This document shows, piece after piece, positions 1 through 13,161 of a stretch of DNA of 64,000 bases. Position numbers and translations under genes: made by a program. The notes below the pieces were generated by a model. The model was not told where the DNA came from. It was given only the letters and a program-made list of their open reading frames with translations, and did not search any database. Position 1 is the stretch's first letter; each line of letters begins with the position of its first letter. The stretch spans positions 12,462,001 to 12,526,000 of the forward strand of contig JBHGNT010000016.1 in assembly GCA_043228905.1 (NCBI GenBank), given 5' to 3'. Source of the DNA: Azolla caroliniana (Eukaryota > Plantae > Polypodiophyta).

Positions 1-236
1 CAAGACCAAGAAGTTGGGGCAAAGCATATCAATAAAACTTAGATGTTCCAGATGACTTTTAGAAAACTTGTGGAACTATAGATGAAGACGCAGGGCAACT
101 TGTTGAATTAGAAGACATTTCAGAATCTGAACATACTAACAATTCAACTTAGCGTACTGACGAAGCCAATGAGGACAATCCTGATGAAAGAGCTAATCCT
201 GAGTAGACGGCTTTACCAGACTTATTATTCGATTGA
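1..236 (+). pseudogene. Degenerate last exon of a ParB-methyltransferase gene from a second copy of the Sola1-like element
   Basis: Translates QDQEVGAKHINKT*MFQMTFRKLVEL*DEDAGQLVELED, matching QDQEVGAKHINETEMFQMTSREPMEPIDEEAGELVDLED of ORF 16061..16435, with stops. Confidence 0.85.
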
Positions 237-871
237 ATGGTTATGGCTTATTGTAAATTTTGAACAATATGAATTGTTAAATTTTGACGTAATATATAAG
301 TTGAGCTTACTTATAATTTTCGTGTAACAATCATTGAACTTATAAATTAAGTATACTTGTATGTGTACATGTTATCTAAACTCTCCTTTATCATTTGGGG
401 TATATCGGAGATAAGTTTATACTCTATCATTTACTCGTATGATTCGAATGTTATTGTAGACTAGTTTATTTATACATTGGCAGTGTCATGTATCACGTGT
501 CAATGGAAATTTTCTCTTGACATAGTAGTATCTCTTAATTGCAAGGTTCACAATTTGCTTTAAGATGTATTATATTTAAATATACACACATAATTAGAAG
601 AAGTCACTTATTCAATGGGGCATGCCTTTTAGAATATGCACAAGGACCCGTGTTACTATTATACTTGTGTTGACAAATACACCCCTGTCTAAGACTTGGA
701 CAAAAACATGGTAGATAGAATATCCGTCGGATGATTTTGTTGACGTGATATTAGTTAGTTCTTTTTTTCGCTATGTTTTCATAAACCACATACACATGCA
801 TCGTGCCTTGTTGAAATTCTGCTTAAATAAGGCATTTTTTAACATCTCACTAAGATATGAAAAAGAGAATG

Positions 872-904
872 CGACATATTACCTGTTTCAAATGACCCAG
901 TGTT
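872..904. repeat. Terminal inverted repeat (methyltransferase-side end) of the second Sola1-like copy
   Basis: cgacatattacctgtttcaaatgacccagtgtt differs by 1 nt from 22900-22932. The upstream aaaagagaatg matches the reverse complement of the subterminal sequence just inside the TIR at 15331-15345. Confidence 0.9.
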
Positions 905-1385
905 TAAAGTAAAGGGAAGAAAACTAAAGTATACGCCATGTGGGACGCATGCAAGGGAAGGAGAAAAAAGAAGAAGAAGAAGAATCCGTGAATCAAGGGG
1001 GCTAATCACTTATAAACTCAGAATTATTTTTTTCGATAGGGGGAAGGAAGCTATCTCTCAAGAAAACCCTAATTTCCTAATCAAAGCCATACAACTCAAA
1101 AACCCTAATTTTTGAATTGAAGCTAAAAACCCTAATATTCTAATTAAATCCATATCTCATTTCTTCTAATCTATTACTCTAGCCATCTCCATTCGGAAAG
1201 TGTTTGTAGTCCCAATCTTGGGATTAATTGTAATCTTTCTTTCTACTTGTTAATGAAATTTGTTAATCTTTCTCATTTCGGTTAATTCTTAGTACATAAA
1301 TACACGAATTTGATATCCTCTAGTCAAAGGTTCAGGGGTCTTGCCTCAACGTTCACGTATCCTCGTCGTATTTTCACGACATCTT

Positions 1386-1403
1386 TGGTGAACCCGACGT
1401 GAA
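1386..1403 (+). promoter_or_regulatory. Primer binding site complementary to the tRNA-Trp 3' end
   Basis: TGGTGAACCCGACGTGAA is the reverse complement of the plant tRNA-Trp 3' end (TTCACGTCGGGTTCACCA, from memory) and sits just after the LTR end CA. Confidence 0.75.
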
Positions 1404-1600
1404 ACGAGGCGGTAGGAGGATATCTCATGGAGGCATATAGATACAAAGAACCGAAGAGATGCAAACTATACGAGTTCGACCAATGGGTATCATCATTAAA
1501 GACCCACCAAAGTGCCATGCATGCTTTCGTTGAGTTCGAGTGTCACTTTGCACAACTCTCGGAGCGGGATCAAAGATTGGTGGGGGTGGAAAAAGTCTGA

Positions 1601-3228
1601 ATGTTTGTGAAGTCAATCGATCGGAAGGAAAGGAAGGCCATTGGAATTCGATTTGAGGATGATGATGGTGCAAATGGCCTCACCGAGGATTGGACGAAAG
1701 TGGAAAGAGTATGTCAACTGCATGATAAGAGGAAGACAAGATTCTCATCGGCAACAATACAACCCATGACGGATGGTGAAAGGGGGATGGGAAGTAACTA
1801 CAAACTACCACCTAAACAAGAAAACTCGAAGAGGGAAGGTTCAACAATACTCGACATAGAAGTTTTGATGGAAGAGGCATTCGAGAACTTAAAGGCGCAA
1901 GTTAAGGCTGAAGAGAAGCTTCAAAAGGAGCAAAAACAGAAGCAAATGATGAGCAAGGAAGAAGAGGCCTCCCAACAAATGCGGATTAATGTTACGGTTG
2001 ATACAAAGGCCCAGGTTCAGTACCACGATATAACCACGGAAGAAGGTGTGGAACAAGAGACCTTCTCATCTTGCAAAGAAAGAATGACGATGAAAGAAAC
2101 CAATGAATTGAGGGTGGCGAATGTAACTTCAAGGGAGGACAAATGTCTCAAAACACACATCGTGTCTGAAACATCAAGTGATGAAGGTTCAAGCATGAGC
2201 AAAGCTTGCATGATCAAGGGAGATAAAAAGTGTGAGGCCAATTTGATTGCTGAGACAACCATGAAAAATGACATCGAGTCAAAGGTGGCTGAGGACGAGT
2301 CAATGGCGGATGGCCGTGTCGAGACTTTCTCCACACTTATTCTAGAGACTTGGGCAGTTGCATCGAAAAGGCAACGTGAGACCCAAGAGACGGAAGGTGG
2401 CGGCGAGGAAGTGAAGGCCAAAACTAACACATGCGAAGAAGAAGGAGATGTAAAGCCGAAGAGGGTAGATGATGATCATGAAGAGACTTTCACCACAAAA
2501 GTTCTTAAGACTTGGACATTAACTGATGTAAGACCCAAGAGATGGAAGGTGGCGACAAAGAAACAAAGATCAACGCCAACACGAACAACCATAAGGTGGA
2601 AGTGGCAAAGAGTAGCACGACAAAGGCAATACCAAACTACAAAATTCCTCCACACTTGGGCATTAATCGATGTAAGACCCAAGAGATGAACGATGGCGGT
2701 GAGGAAGCAAGGGTTAAAGCAAATGTGTGCAACATGGAAGTAAAGCAAAGCAAAATGACGAAAGTCCATGTGTGCGACAAAGAGGTCAAGCAAAGCATGA
2801 AGAAAAAAGCAAATGTGTGCGACAAAGAGACCAAGCAAACCTCAAAAAGCAAAGATGTGGGCCAAGTGGATACGAAAGATGTGATCACAAAATCTAACAA
2901 GGATAATATTAGCATAGAAGTCATGGTCAATTCCAACACAAGAGTATACCAAGACAGTGGACAAAGTGGGAACAATGCAATGTGGTCACTTAAGGACCTA
3001 GAGGAGAGCATGCCGCTAAAGAACGAATCGGTAAGAGTACTCAACCACAATATTTCGATAAGGCTTTTGAAAGGCATGCATGGAGCAACAAAGGATGATA
3101 AAAGAAAGTTAAATGACCAAGGAGATGGTCGAAATGAATGTGGCACATGCACGAGGCATCAAGCATTATGCTCGAGAGGAGTAAAGAGATCCATGACAAC
3201 CGGTTATGGAAATGCAAAGAGTAAATGA
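1601..3228 (+). pseudogene. gag-derived, low-complexity charged ORFs of the non-autonomous gypsy element
   Basis: ORFs 1601..2689 and 2542..3228, internally repetitive (ETFxTxxLxTW..DVRPKR recurring), N-terminal similarity to the gag fragment at 14482. Confidence 0.5.
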
Positions 3229-3669
3229 AGAATATGGTGGATCAGATGGCAATGGCGATTCGGGTGAAAAATCAACGAAAAATTAAAGTAAACAAAAATG
3301 GAGCCTCATCACAATTGGCACATACCGGTGGATGTACAGGTTTGATGGGGGCGAATGTCGTGTGAATCTTTACACACTATGTAAAAAAATAATGAAATAA
3401 TTATTATAGATTAGATTAGTAGCTTACTATAGAAAGATGGATATACTCAACAGCTTCAAAACGTATTTTACTATATACAAAATGGAGAAATACATATCAA
3501 GTTATGTGAAAATGAAGTTTGAGAAGATAGGGAAATTAGAACTATCCCACATAGATAGGAAACTTAACGCCCTTGCTATATAACCACCTTGAGCTCCCTC
3601 ATTTTTCATTTGTGCTAAGAGCACTTTGGCCACTTTGTGTTGATGGATGATGGTGGCCAACTTCCTAGA

Positions 3670-4000
3670 ATCCGGAAATCGGTCGGTATGCAAATCGGAA
3701 ACCGGCCGGTATGTGAATTCGTAAACCGGTCGGTATGCAAATTCAGAAATTGGTCGGTATGCAAAACCGGAAACCGGCTGGTAAGCAAAACTAGAACCGA
3801 GCCGGCAAGCAAAATTGGAAATCGGGCCGGCAAGCAAAACCGGAAATTGGGGCGGCAAGCAAAACTGAAAACCGGGGCGGCAAGCAAAATCAGAAACCGG
3901 CCGGTAAGCAAAACCGGAATAGGGCTGGCAAGCAAAACAAGAAATCGGCCAGAAAGCAAAACCGGAAACCGGCCAGTAAGCAAACCGGATCCGGCGACAA
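3670..4000. repeat. ~24-bp tandem minisatellite inside the LTR
   Basis: Recurring unit resembling gcaagcaaaaccggaaaccggccg, roughly 13 copies. Confidence 0.85.
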
Positions 4001-4671
4001 TCGGCGACCGGACCAAGTTGGACGCAAACCGAACGGATAAAAGGATCATGTGGCTAATTAAAGAAAGGTAAAAGAGACTAAAGTAAAGGTCATGTGGACT
4101 GTCGCATGCAACTAAAAGAAAAAGCCATGCAACTAAAAATAGATGCAACTAAAAGAAGAAGCTATGCAACTAAAAGTAGACATGCATATGATTAACGGTG
4201 AACTCCATATATATTCCATTTTTTCCTTATACTCATATCCTCTCTCTCCATTTTTTTATTTTTATTTTTCTTCTTAGCTCCCTTATCTTCTCTCATAAAC
4301 CTAATTTTCCCTTGAGAAGCCATAACGCTCAAAAACCCTAATTTCCCTACGGAAGCCATATCTCTCGTATAACATAATCTTAATTTTCCCTACGGAAACC
4401 ATAACACTCAAAAACCCTAATTTTCCCTACGGAAGCCATATCTCTCAAAACACCTAATTTTTCTTTTTCTATTAATCTTAATAAGCTAAAACTTTGGTAA
4501 TCCCAATCTTGGGATTGATTGTAATCTTTCTTTTCCTTTCTTAATGAAATTTGTCAATCTTTCTCATTTTGCATTAATTCTTTAATATAAACATACGAAT
4601 CTAATATCCTCCGGTCGAAGGCGTCGGGGTCCTGGCTCAAGTTCACGTGTCCTTGTCGTATTTTTGCGACA

Positions 4672-5207
4672 ACGGCGGTAGAGTCAAGAAGGACAGAGCC
4701 GACCAGAAGAAGAAGGCCAAGACCCGGACATGGTCCGATGTGGTGAAGGGCCTGGAACTGGAAAACGAATCGGGAGCAACCGATTCGGACAAGAGCTGGA
4801 ACGAATCGAAGACAGTCGATTCAATTCAATAGACGGATTCCGAAGAACCCGATCAATTCAAGGCCAAGAGGACGAGAAGGTAGCGAAAGTCGACACGAGC
4901 ACAAAGAAATCGGTGAATCGGCAAGTGCCGAAGTCACAATAGTGAGGGAGCTGAATTGGGCGTGTTGAGTAGACAAGCCGACCGAGGAGGTCAAGGTGCG
5001 CAAAATGAGAAGGGTCGCGGCAAATGGGACCGGACCGGACGAGGAGCGCGAGCGAGGCGGTGTGACACCAGAAGGAGTTGAGGGGAAGGATCGGCTGCCA
5101 TGGGGACCGACACTACAATCCGACCTCAAGTTGAGCTTGAGGGGGAGTATTGAGCGGCCAGCTCAACCGGATCCGGAAAACGAGGATTGCTTTGCCAATC
5201 TCGAATG
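4672..5207 (+). mobile_element. Retrotransposon fragment, probably a copia-like 3' end
   Basis: agcttgagggggagtattgag (LSLRGSIE) near 5133-5153 resembles the pol-end/purine-rich ends of the copia elements elsewhere in the window. Confidence 0.35.
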
Positions 5208-5602
5208 ACCTCTCATTTCCGTTCTTGTGGCAATTGACAAAGAACATGTTCGCGTTCAGAAATGGAAGGATCACACATAAATGGAAGGATAAGGAATATT
5301 CCATTTGATTTTAGTGCTTTTTCGGTGATATTACAAAACACATTGATACCAGTATCATACATTCTCAAATATACTATGAAAATGATTAAAAATCCACCAT
5401 TTTCGTGATTTAAAAATAAATAAAAAAAGAGGAATTTCAAAAAGTTACATTCTCAATTTATATTACAAACTTTAGAACCAATGTTTTTTATTAGAAATGA
5501 TATTCATAGGAATCAAACGAATTCAAAACACCTGCTTTTATATTACTCGATTTGTTATCAGTGTTACACTTAATAGCCAAAAATACATTCATGATCACTC
5601 AT

Positions 5603-6315
5603 TTATGGAGAATCACTAATATAGGTAATATACAATGAGGATTCCTCCTCCTCATCCTCAGATGTACCAATCAATGCATTATCTTCATCATAAACCAAAT
5701 GGTGTGACTCTAGATTATGTGTAGCAGATCTCGTTTGCCTTCGACTCAAACCACCTTCTAGACCTGATAATTTTTCTTTTATTATATCTACTGTTGACTT
5801 CCTTAAACGTCCAGCTTTTGTAAGCATGATGTCGTACACAATGATATCCACATCAGAGATATCAAGGGTCGAGGTATTACGAATGTTTCGCCTCCTCTTC
5901 CTAATTTCCCTTGTTGTCGGGCATTCTATCATCTCCCATGTATACTTACCTAGAAAAGTATTCTGGCTTCTAGTGTTGTACCAATGCACTTTTATAAACT
6001 TGGTCGTGGTTTCTATTCCATGCATCAACGCTTCTAGAATTTTACCGATCCAAAATTGGTGGCCTTGTTCGTTGTCATCTGTAGGTGTTGCAATTAACAT
6101 CCCCACTGAAAGCTCTTGCAAATTGCCTTGCCATCTAGCTTAGCTACTTTGGTCATCCTTGGTCCCATATAAATGTCTCTTTGTTGTGGATGGACCAAAC
6201 TGTCATTAATCGCATTAGTTGCTTGTATTAGACATTTATTTACACAATCATGTTGTAGCGGCCATGTGAATGCATTTAAATGACATTTCCAAAGTCCAAT
6301 TATCATTAGATACAC
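5603..6315 (-). pseudogene. C-terminal fragment of a Sola1-like transposase (older copy)
   Basis: QELSVGMLIATPTDDNEQGHQFWIGKI..IKVHWY..GKY..DIIVYDIMLTKAGRLRK aligns with the C-terminus of 20635..22605. LVHPQQRDIYMGPR matches LVRPLQRDIYVGPR. Confidence 0.85.
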
Positions 6316-7236
6316 AATTGTCGATCATTCTTTTTGCTCAATCTAATGTACAATAAAAAAAGATATTACTATTATATAAAATATATTATATATACATTAT
6401 ATTGATATATGTATCTACACACTAGTCATTATCATATACATAAAATTTAATTTATACAATATGATTGGTTATATCCCAAAATGTGTATTATATAAAAAAT
6501 ATATTTGTATTTGTATACATATAGTCTATATTCAAAATCATTAGAGAGTCATAAATATGTAGGTCTAATCTCAATCATTTGTTTATTAATAAAGATCACA
6601 AACATTTATAAGTGCCATTCCCCATGTGTGAATAAAAGTGTTATTCCCCATGTGAAAAAGAGAGACTTAAATTAATTATTACCTTTATTTATTTCACTTC
6701 AATTATGAGTTCATAATCATTTTTTGGTAATCATTATCAAACTATTATGAACTGATGCAATCAATAGTGTCCAATTATTGTTGACTTATGATTATATGCA
6801 ATAAATACAACTACAATGTAACTACTATTACCAATAATTGCTTATCACATATTTAACTCTAACTCTAACTATAACTACCCTAGAGTACCTAGCTCACTAA
6901 CTTTTAACTAACCTATAACTAACCTAGAGTACCTATGCCAGTAACTTTTAACTAACCAAAGAGTACTAACTAACGTAGGGAAACTAATTAGGATCTAACC
7001 TAACTACGGTTAAAGTAACTATAGTTATTTTAGCAACGGTTTGAACACCCTATAAATCTAGGGACCTCCTCATTTTACGGAGGTCACACACGTAATAGAG
7101 CGGTATGAGCACTCAAAGCCCAAGAAGTACATTGTGCATCACAACCACGGGAGCATGCGAGCAACTACTTGTCAACAACAAGCAGGAACATCATCTCTTG
7201 GAAGAAGATTGAGTGCACAGACTTCAGGTAGGATTC

Positions 7237-10200
7237 TGTTGAGAAATCATTTCAGAATTTAAATCACAATGAACAGACAATGTTGAAATACGAATCACAG
7301 AAAAAAAACAAGATAGACAACTATGCACAGAGATTTACGTGGAAACCCTAAAACGGGAGAAAACCATGAGAATAGATCTTCACTATGGATAGTGGATATA
7401 CAACACTGAGAGGGTTACAACACTCTGTCGAGTGTATCAACCACGCAGGGCTCTTCACGTCTACTATTACTCTCACAGCTATGGCGCAACACACACTTCT
7501 ATCTCACATTCACAATTATGTTCTCTTCTATTCTACATCTTAAAGTTTGCCCTAGTTGCATATATACTTACACAACTTTTTGACTATTTACATATGGGCC
7601 GCACATTGAGACTATTTACAAGTATAGTCTCCCGAGTTGGCTATATACACGATTCTGGTTTCGGCCTCGGCCGAGTCCCTCATCAACTCGGCTCCTCTCT
7701 CTCCCCATCCGGAGTGACTTGTTTCCTAACATCATCATTTTTATTACCATAATAATAATAATAGTCGAATCACTGTTTTCGACCCTTCGACAATCGGCTT
7801 TCCAAATAGTCGGTTCTTCCTCCCACTGGAGGGAGATATTCTCAACAAACTCCCCCTTCACCCCTGTGGGAGGAAATCTATCAGTCCTGTATTCTGTCGA
7901 CAAACTTTGAGTCTATCCATAGGTAGGTTCTTTGTCAGCATGTTGGATCCATTGTCGTCAGTATGGATCTTCACAAGAGCAAACTCTCCATCTTCGACTC
8001 TCTCCCGCAACTAGTGATCCTTCTCTGTATGTGCTTGGTCCAGGAGTGGTATGCCATGTTCTTGGCTAGGTGTATGGCGCTTTGGCTGTCACAGTGAAGC
8101 AAGAACTCCTTTTGCTTCATGCTCTTTTCCGGCTTCTACCGCTGCCATATACTCTGCCTCTGTAGTCGATAAAGCTACAAACTTCTGCAGTCGTGACTGC
8201 CACGACACTGCTCCCCCTGCATAGGTCATCACGTACCCTGACATGGATAGGCTCGAGGAGACATCTCCTGACATGTCCGAATCGGTAAAACCTTCCAGCA
8301 CAGGTTTTCTGACACCATACCTTAGGCACACCTCCGAGGTGTCTTTCAGGTACTTGAGTATCCACTTCACTACTGCCCAGTGCTCTATGCCTGGATTACT
8401 CATATATCGGCTTATTGCTCCTACAACAAATGCTATGTCCAATCTCGTACAAACCATAGCATACATTAGACTACCGACGGCCGAGGCATATGGTACCTTC
8501 CTCATCTCGGCCTTCTCCTTCTCCCCTCTCGGGCACTGCTTCGCATTTAACCCGCAGTTTGTCGATAACACTGAGCCGACCGGCTTTGCATCCGACATGT
8601 TGAATCTCTCTAAGATCTTCATCGCATACTTCTTTTGTGACAACCACAACACCTTTTGAGTTCTGTCTCGAACTATGTGCATTCCTAGGATTTGCTTTGC
8701 CGGTCCAAGGTCTTTCATGGCAAATGATTTGCCGAGAGCTTTCTTCAAGCTTCCAATCTTCCTTGTGTCTTGACCGACTATCAACATGTCATCAACATAT
8801 AATAAGAGAATCAAGAAGTCTCCTTCTTCATACCTTTTTACAAACACACAGTGATCAGCCTGTGTTTTCTGGAATCGGAGTTCCATCATGAAGGACTTGA
8901 ACTTCTTGTACCATTGGCGTGGTGTTTGTTTTAGTCCATACAAGCTTTTCCTCAGTCGACACAGTAGATTCTCTTTCCCTTTCTCCTCAAAGCCTTCGGG
9001 TTGCTGCATGTAGATTTCTTCCTCTAGCTCCCCATGCAGAAATGCAGTTTTTACATCTAACTGTTCAATCTCTAGGTCCATACTGGCTGATATGCTTAGA
9101 ACAGTTCGTATGGATGTCATCTTCATGACTGGTGTGAATATTTCGTCAAAGTCGACACCCTTCCTCTGTTGGAAACCCTTTACCACTATGTGGGCTTTGT
9201 ACCTCATCTCGTTGTCGACTTCTCCAGTCTTCACCTTGTAGACCCATTTATTCCTAAGTGCTCTCTTACCTTTCGGCAACTCTACTAGGTTGTAGGTGTA
9301 ATTTGCATGCAAGGATTCTATCTCGTCTTGCATCGCATTCAGCCATTTTTCGCTGCTCTCGTCAGCAATGACTTCTTTATAGCACTCCGGTTCACCGTCA
9401 TCAGTCAAGAGGATGTATTGACTGGCATATGTAGTCGCAACTTTCCTTTCTCTGAGTGGGTATCTTCTTCCACTCATTGTCGGCTCTCTTTCGGATGTCT
9501 CTGCCAAGTCTTCTCTCGGCTCGGGATTCTACTCATCAATTGGCATCTCCAGGTTGGAAATTTCCAACTCATCTTCCTCAATTGCTTTCAGCAGATCTAT
9601 CAACTCTGACTCATAGTCTGTCGGTCTTTCCGAGTTGACCGACTCGGATTCGGCTCTGTCGGCTACCTGTCTCCTTATAGCTGCCGGTGACGACACATTT
9701 TGCCTTAAGTCGATGGTATTCGAGGTTGACTGGGGAGTCGGTTCTGACTTCTGTTGCTTCCAGTCTTCAATTATCTTATCTTCAAGAAAGACGACGTCCC
9801 GACTTCTCACTACCTTCTTGTCAACTAAGTTCCACAACCTATAGCCGAATTCATCTTCCGAGTATCCCATGAATATGCATGCTTTTGACTTGTTGTCGAG
9901 CTTTGACCTCTGATCCTTTGGTACATGCATATATGCCAAACATCCAAACACCCTCTGGTGTTGGTAGGAGACATCCTTCCCGGTCCACACCCTCTATGGG
10001 ACATCCCCCTTTAATGGCACCGAGGGAGACATGTTGATCAGGTAAACATCTATGTACATCGCCTCGGCCCAATAGGATTTCGGCAGTTTTGCATGGGAGA
10101 GCATGCTCACTCTCTCCATGATTGTTTGATTCATCCTCTCTACAAGCTCGTTTAATTCTGGGGTCTTTGGCACTGTGTATTCGATTAGAATACCTTGGCA

Positions 10201-12525
10201 CTTGCAGTATTCCTCGAACTTCCCTCTGTACTCGCCACCGTTGTTGGTTCGGACAACCTTCAGTTTCCGACCCGACTCTCTTTCAACTCTTGCTTGGAAC
10301 TCCTTGAAAAACGACAGTACTTGATCCTTCGTCTTTAGTACAAATGCTCATGTCTTCCGACTATGGTCATCAATGAATGTCACCTCGATGCAATGGAGCA
10401 TCCACATAGCACACATCTGTGTGTACTAGTTCGAGTGCAACTTCTCTTCTTCTCGATGGTCATGAGTGGAATGCCGCCCTGTTTTGCTATCCGGCTAAGC
10501 AATCGACACAGTTCTCCAGTTGCACTCCCTTGACTTCTGGTAAAAGTTTCTGGTCAGCTAACAGGTGCATTCCCTTCTCACTCATGTGGCCTAGCCTCTT
10601 ATGCCATATCTCACCTACCGAGTCAGCTGCCACATTTACTTCCGATTTGCACAGTTGGGCATGCATCATGTACAATGTGCCTTCTTTCTGTGCTCGGGCC
10701 ACTATAAGATTTCCTCGGCAGAACTTCCACTTGCCATTCCGAAAGCTACCACTTCTTCGTCAAGTCTTCCAATCGATATTAGATTCAATCTGATATCGGG
10801 GAAGTGTCGAACATCCTTCAACATTAGTCGACACCCTATTGACGTCGTCAAGCTGACACTTCCAACTCCAGTTATCTTGCACTCTCCACTATCACCCATC
10901 TTTGCATAACAATGATCCCTGACTATGTAAGTCGAGAAATACTCTCTCGACGGAGTAATATGGAAGGATGCGCCGGAGTTGATCACCCAAGTGCATTCTT
11001 CAGTCGCAAGATTTGCATTTGTCTGCTAAAAAATGAATAGGAGTTCTTCATTGCTCGTAGCAATGGCCGAAGTGTTCTTCTCATCAGGAATCTTCTTGGG
11101 TTCGACATTGTTTCTGACAATCTTGTCTCTTCTCATGTGTCGGCAGTCCTTCTGGAAGTGTCCAGATTTTCCACAATAAAAGCACACTAGCTTACCTCTG
11201 GACTTCGATCTGGCGTGGGATTTGTCTGTTCGTTGCGGACTTCTTCTTCGCCGGTCCCTGCCTCTATCCATATGTTGAGTCAGATTCGACTTTGTTTGGG
11301 ATAGGACTCCTTTGTCTTTCCTCCTTGCCTCCTCATTTAGGATGCTTGTCTTCACCATCTGTAAAGACAAGTTCTCTTCTTGACAGGAGGTGCAAAGAGT
11401 AACCACCAGGTTCTCCCAACTGTCCGACAATGTACACATCAGCAGGATGGCATGCGTTGCATCATCAAGGGGAAACTTGGTCGCACAAGTTGATTTACAT
11501 ACCCCATGAATGTGTTGATGTGTTTGACGATGCTCTCACCGTCTCTGTATTTTAGCCGCACGATTTTTTCTCATTAGCGAGGTTCTGTTTAGTGCGCTAT
11601 TACTCTCCTAAAGGCCTGATAGCTTTTGCCACATCTTGTGGGCATTTGTGTTGTTTGCTACTTGCTGAAAGACACTTACATCTACGCATTGTCGGATAAT
11701 GGCTACCGCCTTTCTATTCAGAAGCTTCCAGTCCAACTCGAATACCCCCCTCGGTATATCTGCTTTGTAGATTGGCTTGTACAGGTCTTTTACTATGAGA
11801 AGGTCTTCCATCTTGATCTTCGAGTCTCTATAGTTCTGTCAATTGAGAACTATCATTCCTGGTAAGCCAGTCACACCTCCTTCCATGCTTGCAGCTCAAG
11901 CTCTGATACCAGTTTGTTGAGAAATCGTTTCGGAATTTAAATCACAATGAACAGACAATGCTGAAATACGAATCACAGAAAAAAATCAAGATAGAAAACT
12001 ATGCACAGAGATTTATGTGGAAACCCTAAAATGGGAGAAAACCACGAGAATAGATCTTCAGTATGGATAGTGGATATACAACACTGAGAGGGTTACAACA
12101 CTTTGTTGAGTGTATCAGCCACGCAGGGCTCTTCATGTCTGCTGTAACTCACACAGCTATGGCGCGACACACACTTTTATCTCACACTCACAATTATGTT
12201 CTCTTCTATTCTACATCTTAAAGTTTGCCCTAGTTGCACATATACTTACACAACTTTCTGGCTATTTACATATGGGCCGCACATTGAGACTATTTACAAG
12301 TATAGTCTCCCGAGTTGGCTATATACACGATTCTGGTTTTGGCCTTGGCTGAGTCCCTCATCAACTCGGCTCCTCTCTCTCCCCACTCGGAGTGACCTGT
12401 TTCCTAACATCATCATTTTTATTACCATAATAATAATAGCAATCGAATCACTGTTTTGGACCCTTCGACAGTCGGCTTTCGAAACAGTCGGCTCTTATTC
12501 CTATTGGAGGGGCATATTCCCAACA
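7237..12525 (-). mobile_element. Full-length decayed Ty1/copia LTR retrotransposon
   Basis: 611-bp LTRs at 7237-7847 and 11915-12525 (TG...CA), TSD gattc/gattt, PBS gctctgatacca at 11900-11911 (tRNA-iMet). Fragmented gag (CFYCGKSGHFQKDC), protease, integrase, RT (LLLYVDDML) and RNase H. Confidence 0.95.
8089..11811 (-). pseudogene. Frameshifted copia gag-pol polyprotein
   Basis: ORF pieces 11608, 11026, 10702, 10487, 9529 and 8089 are collinear with the intact 1360-aa ORF at 26658..30740. Confidence 0.9.
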
Positions 12526-12818
12526 GATTTTGACTGTACGGACATTTACATGTTCGCAAATTTTTTACTAGTACTGACCATAGACATGGTCGTGATTTAA
12601 GCAAGAACTCGGTACGATGTATCAAGTTCTTGTTTAGGGTTTAGGGTCTTTAAACATTTGTATCAAATTCCTGTTTAAAGTAGGGTTTTTTAACAAGAAC
12701 TCGATACGATGTATCGAGTTTGTGTTTACAAATGCCTACTTTAAAGACAAACTAGATACATCTAAAGTCAATTCCTCATGATCATGGTTAGTTATATTTT
12801 CTCACTTCTTCTATATAG

Positions 12819-13161
12819 GTCTTTTCAGAATCTTTCGGACTGTCTGGTGAAGAAAATTAAGTTAAGATATCAAAACTCACCGGTGGAGGCCCCAATACAA
12901 CTAGTCGCACATAATTGGAAAACTTGAAAGAAACTACTTTTTCATGAGGACATTAGGGAACAACCATTCGACAAAGTTCGTCAAAAGAAGATGTTGGCAA
13001 TTGTTGCTGGGGAGGACCTAACTGACCGTGACTTGATAGACAACGAGTGGGCCATGCAATATATCAGCTCGGAGAAGAAGGTCCTTTTGTTGACCGCCAA
13101 AAAGGAGGGGGAAGGTCAACTTTATAAAGAGAGACTCTTTAGTTATGGTCGAATGTTATGC
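12819..13161 (+). pseudogene. 5' part of an older ParB-methyltransferase gene, interrupted by a gypsy insertion
   Basis: EWAMQYISSEKKVLLLTAKKEGEGQLYKERLFSYGRML aligns with EWCLSYVKEDGVLLLITAKSDGEGKLHLGKTFNYGHVT of 17832..19322. Confidence 0.8.

Larger units (their letters stand above)
905..4671 (+). mobile_element. Non-autonomous Ty3/gypsy-type LTR element (5' LTR remnant 905-1381, internal 1382-3355, 3' LTR 3356-4671)
   Basis: Both LTR ends are similar (cccaatcttgggatt ... tcgtattttt/cacgaca). PBS at 1386, PPT tttgatgggggcgaa at 3341-3355, LTR starts TGTCG. Internal ORFs resemble the gag fragment at 14482 (GLTEDWTKVERVC versus GLTTDWAVVKRVC); no RT or integrase. Confidence 0.7.

Noticed and set aside
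3502-4148. ORFs of 118-177 aa on both strands
   Set aside because: By-products of the 24-bp minisatellite inside an LTR.
6850-7030. (CTAACT)-rich low-complexity patch, telomere-like
   Set aside because: Short and irregular, not TTTAGGG; no supportable function.
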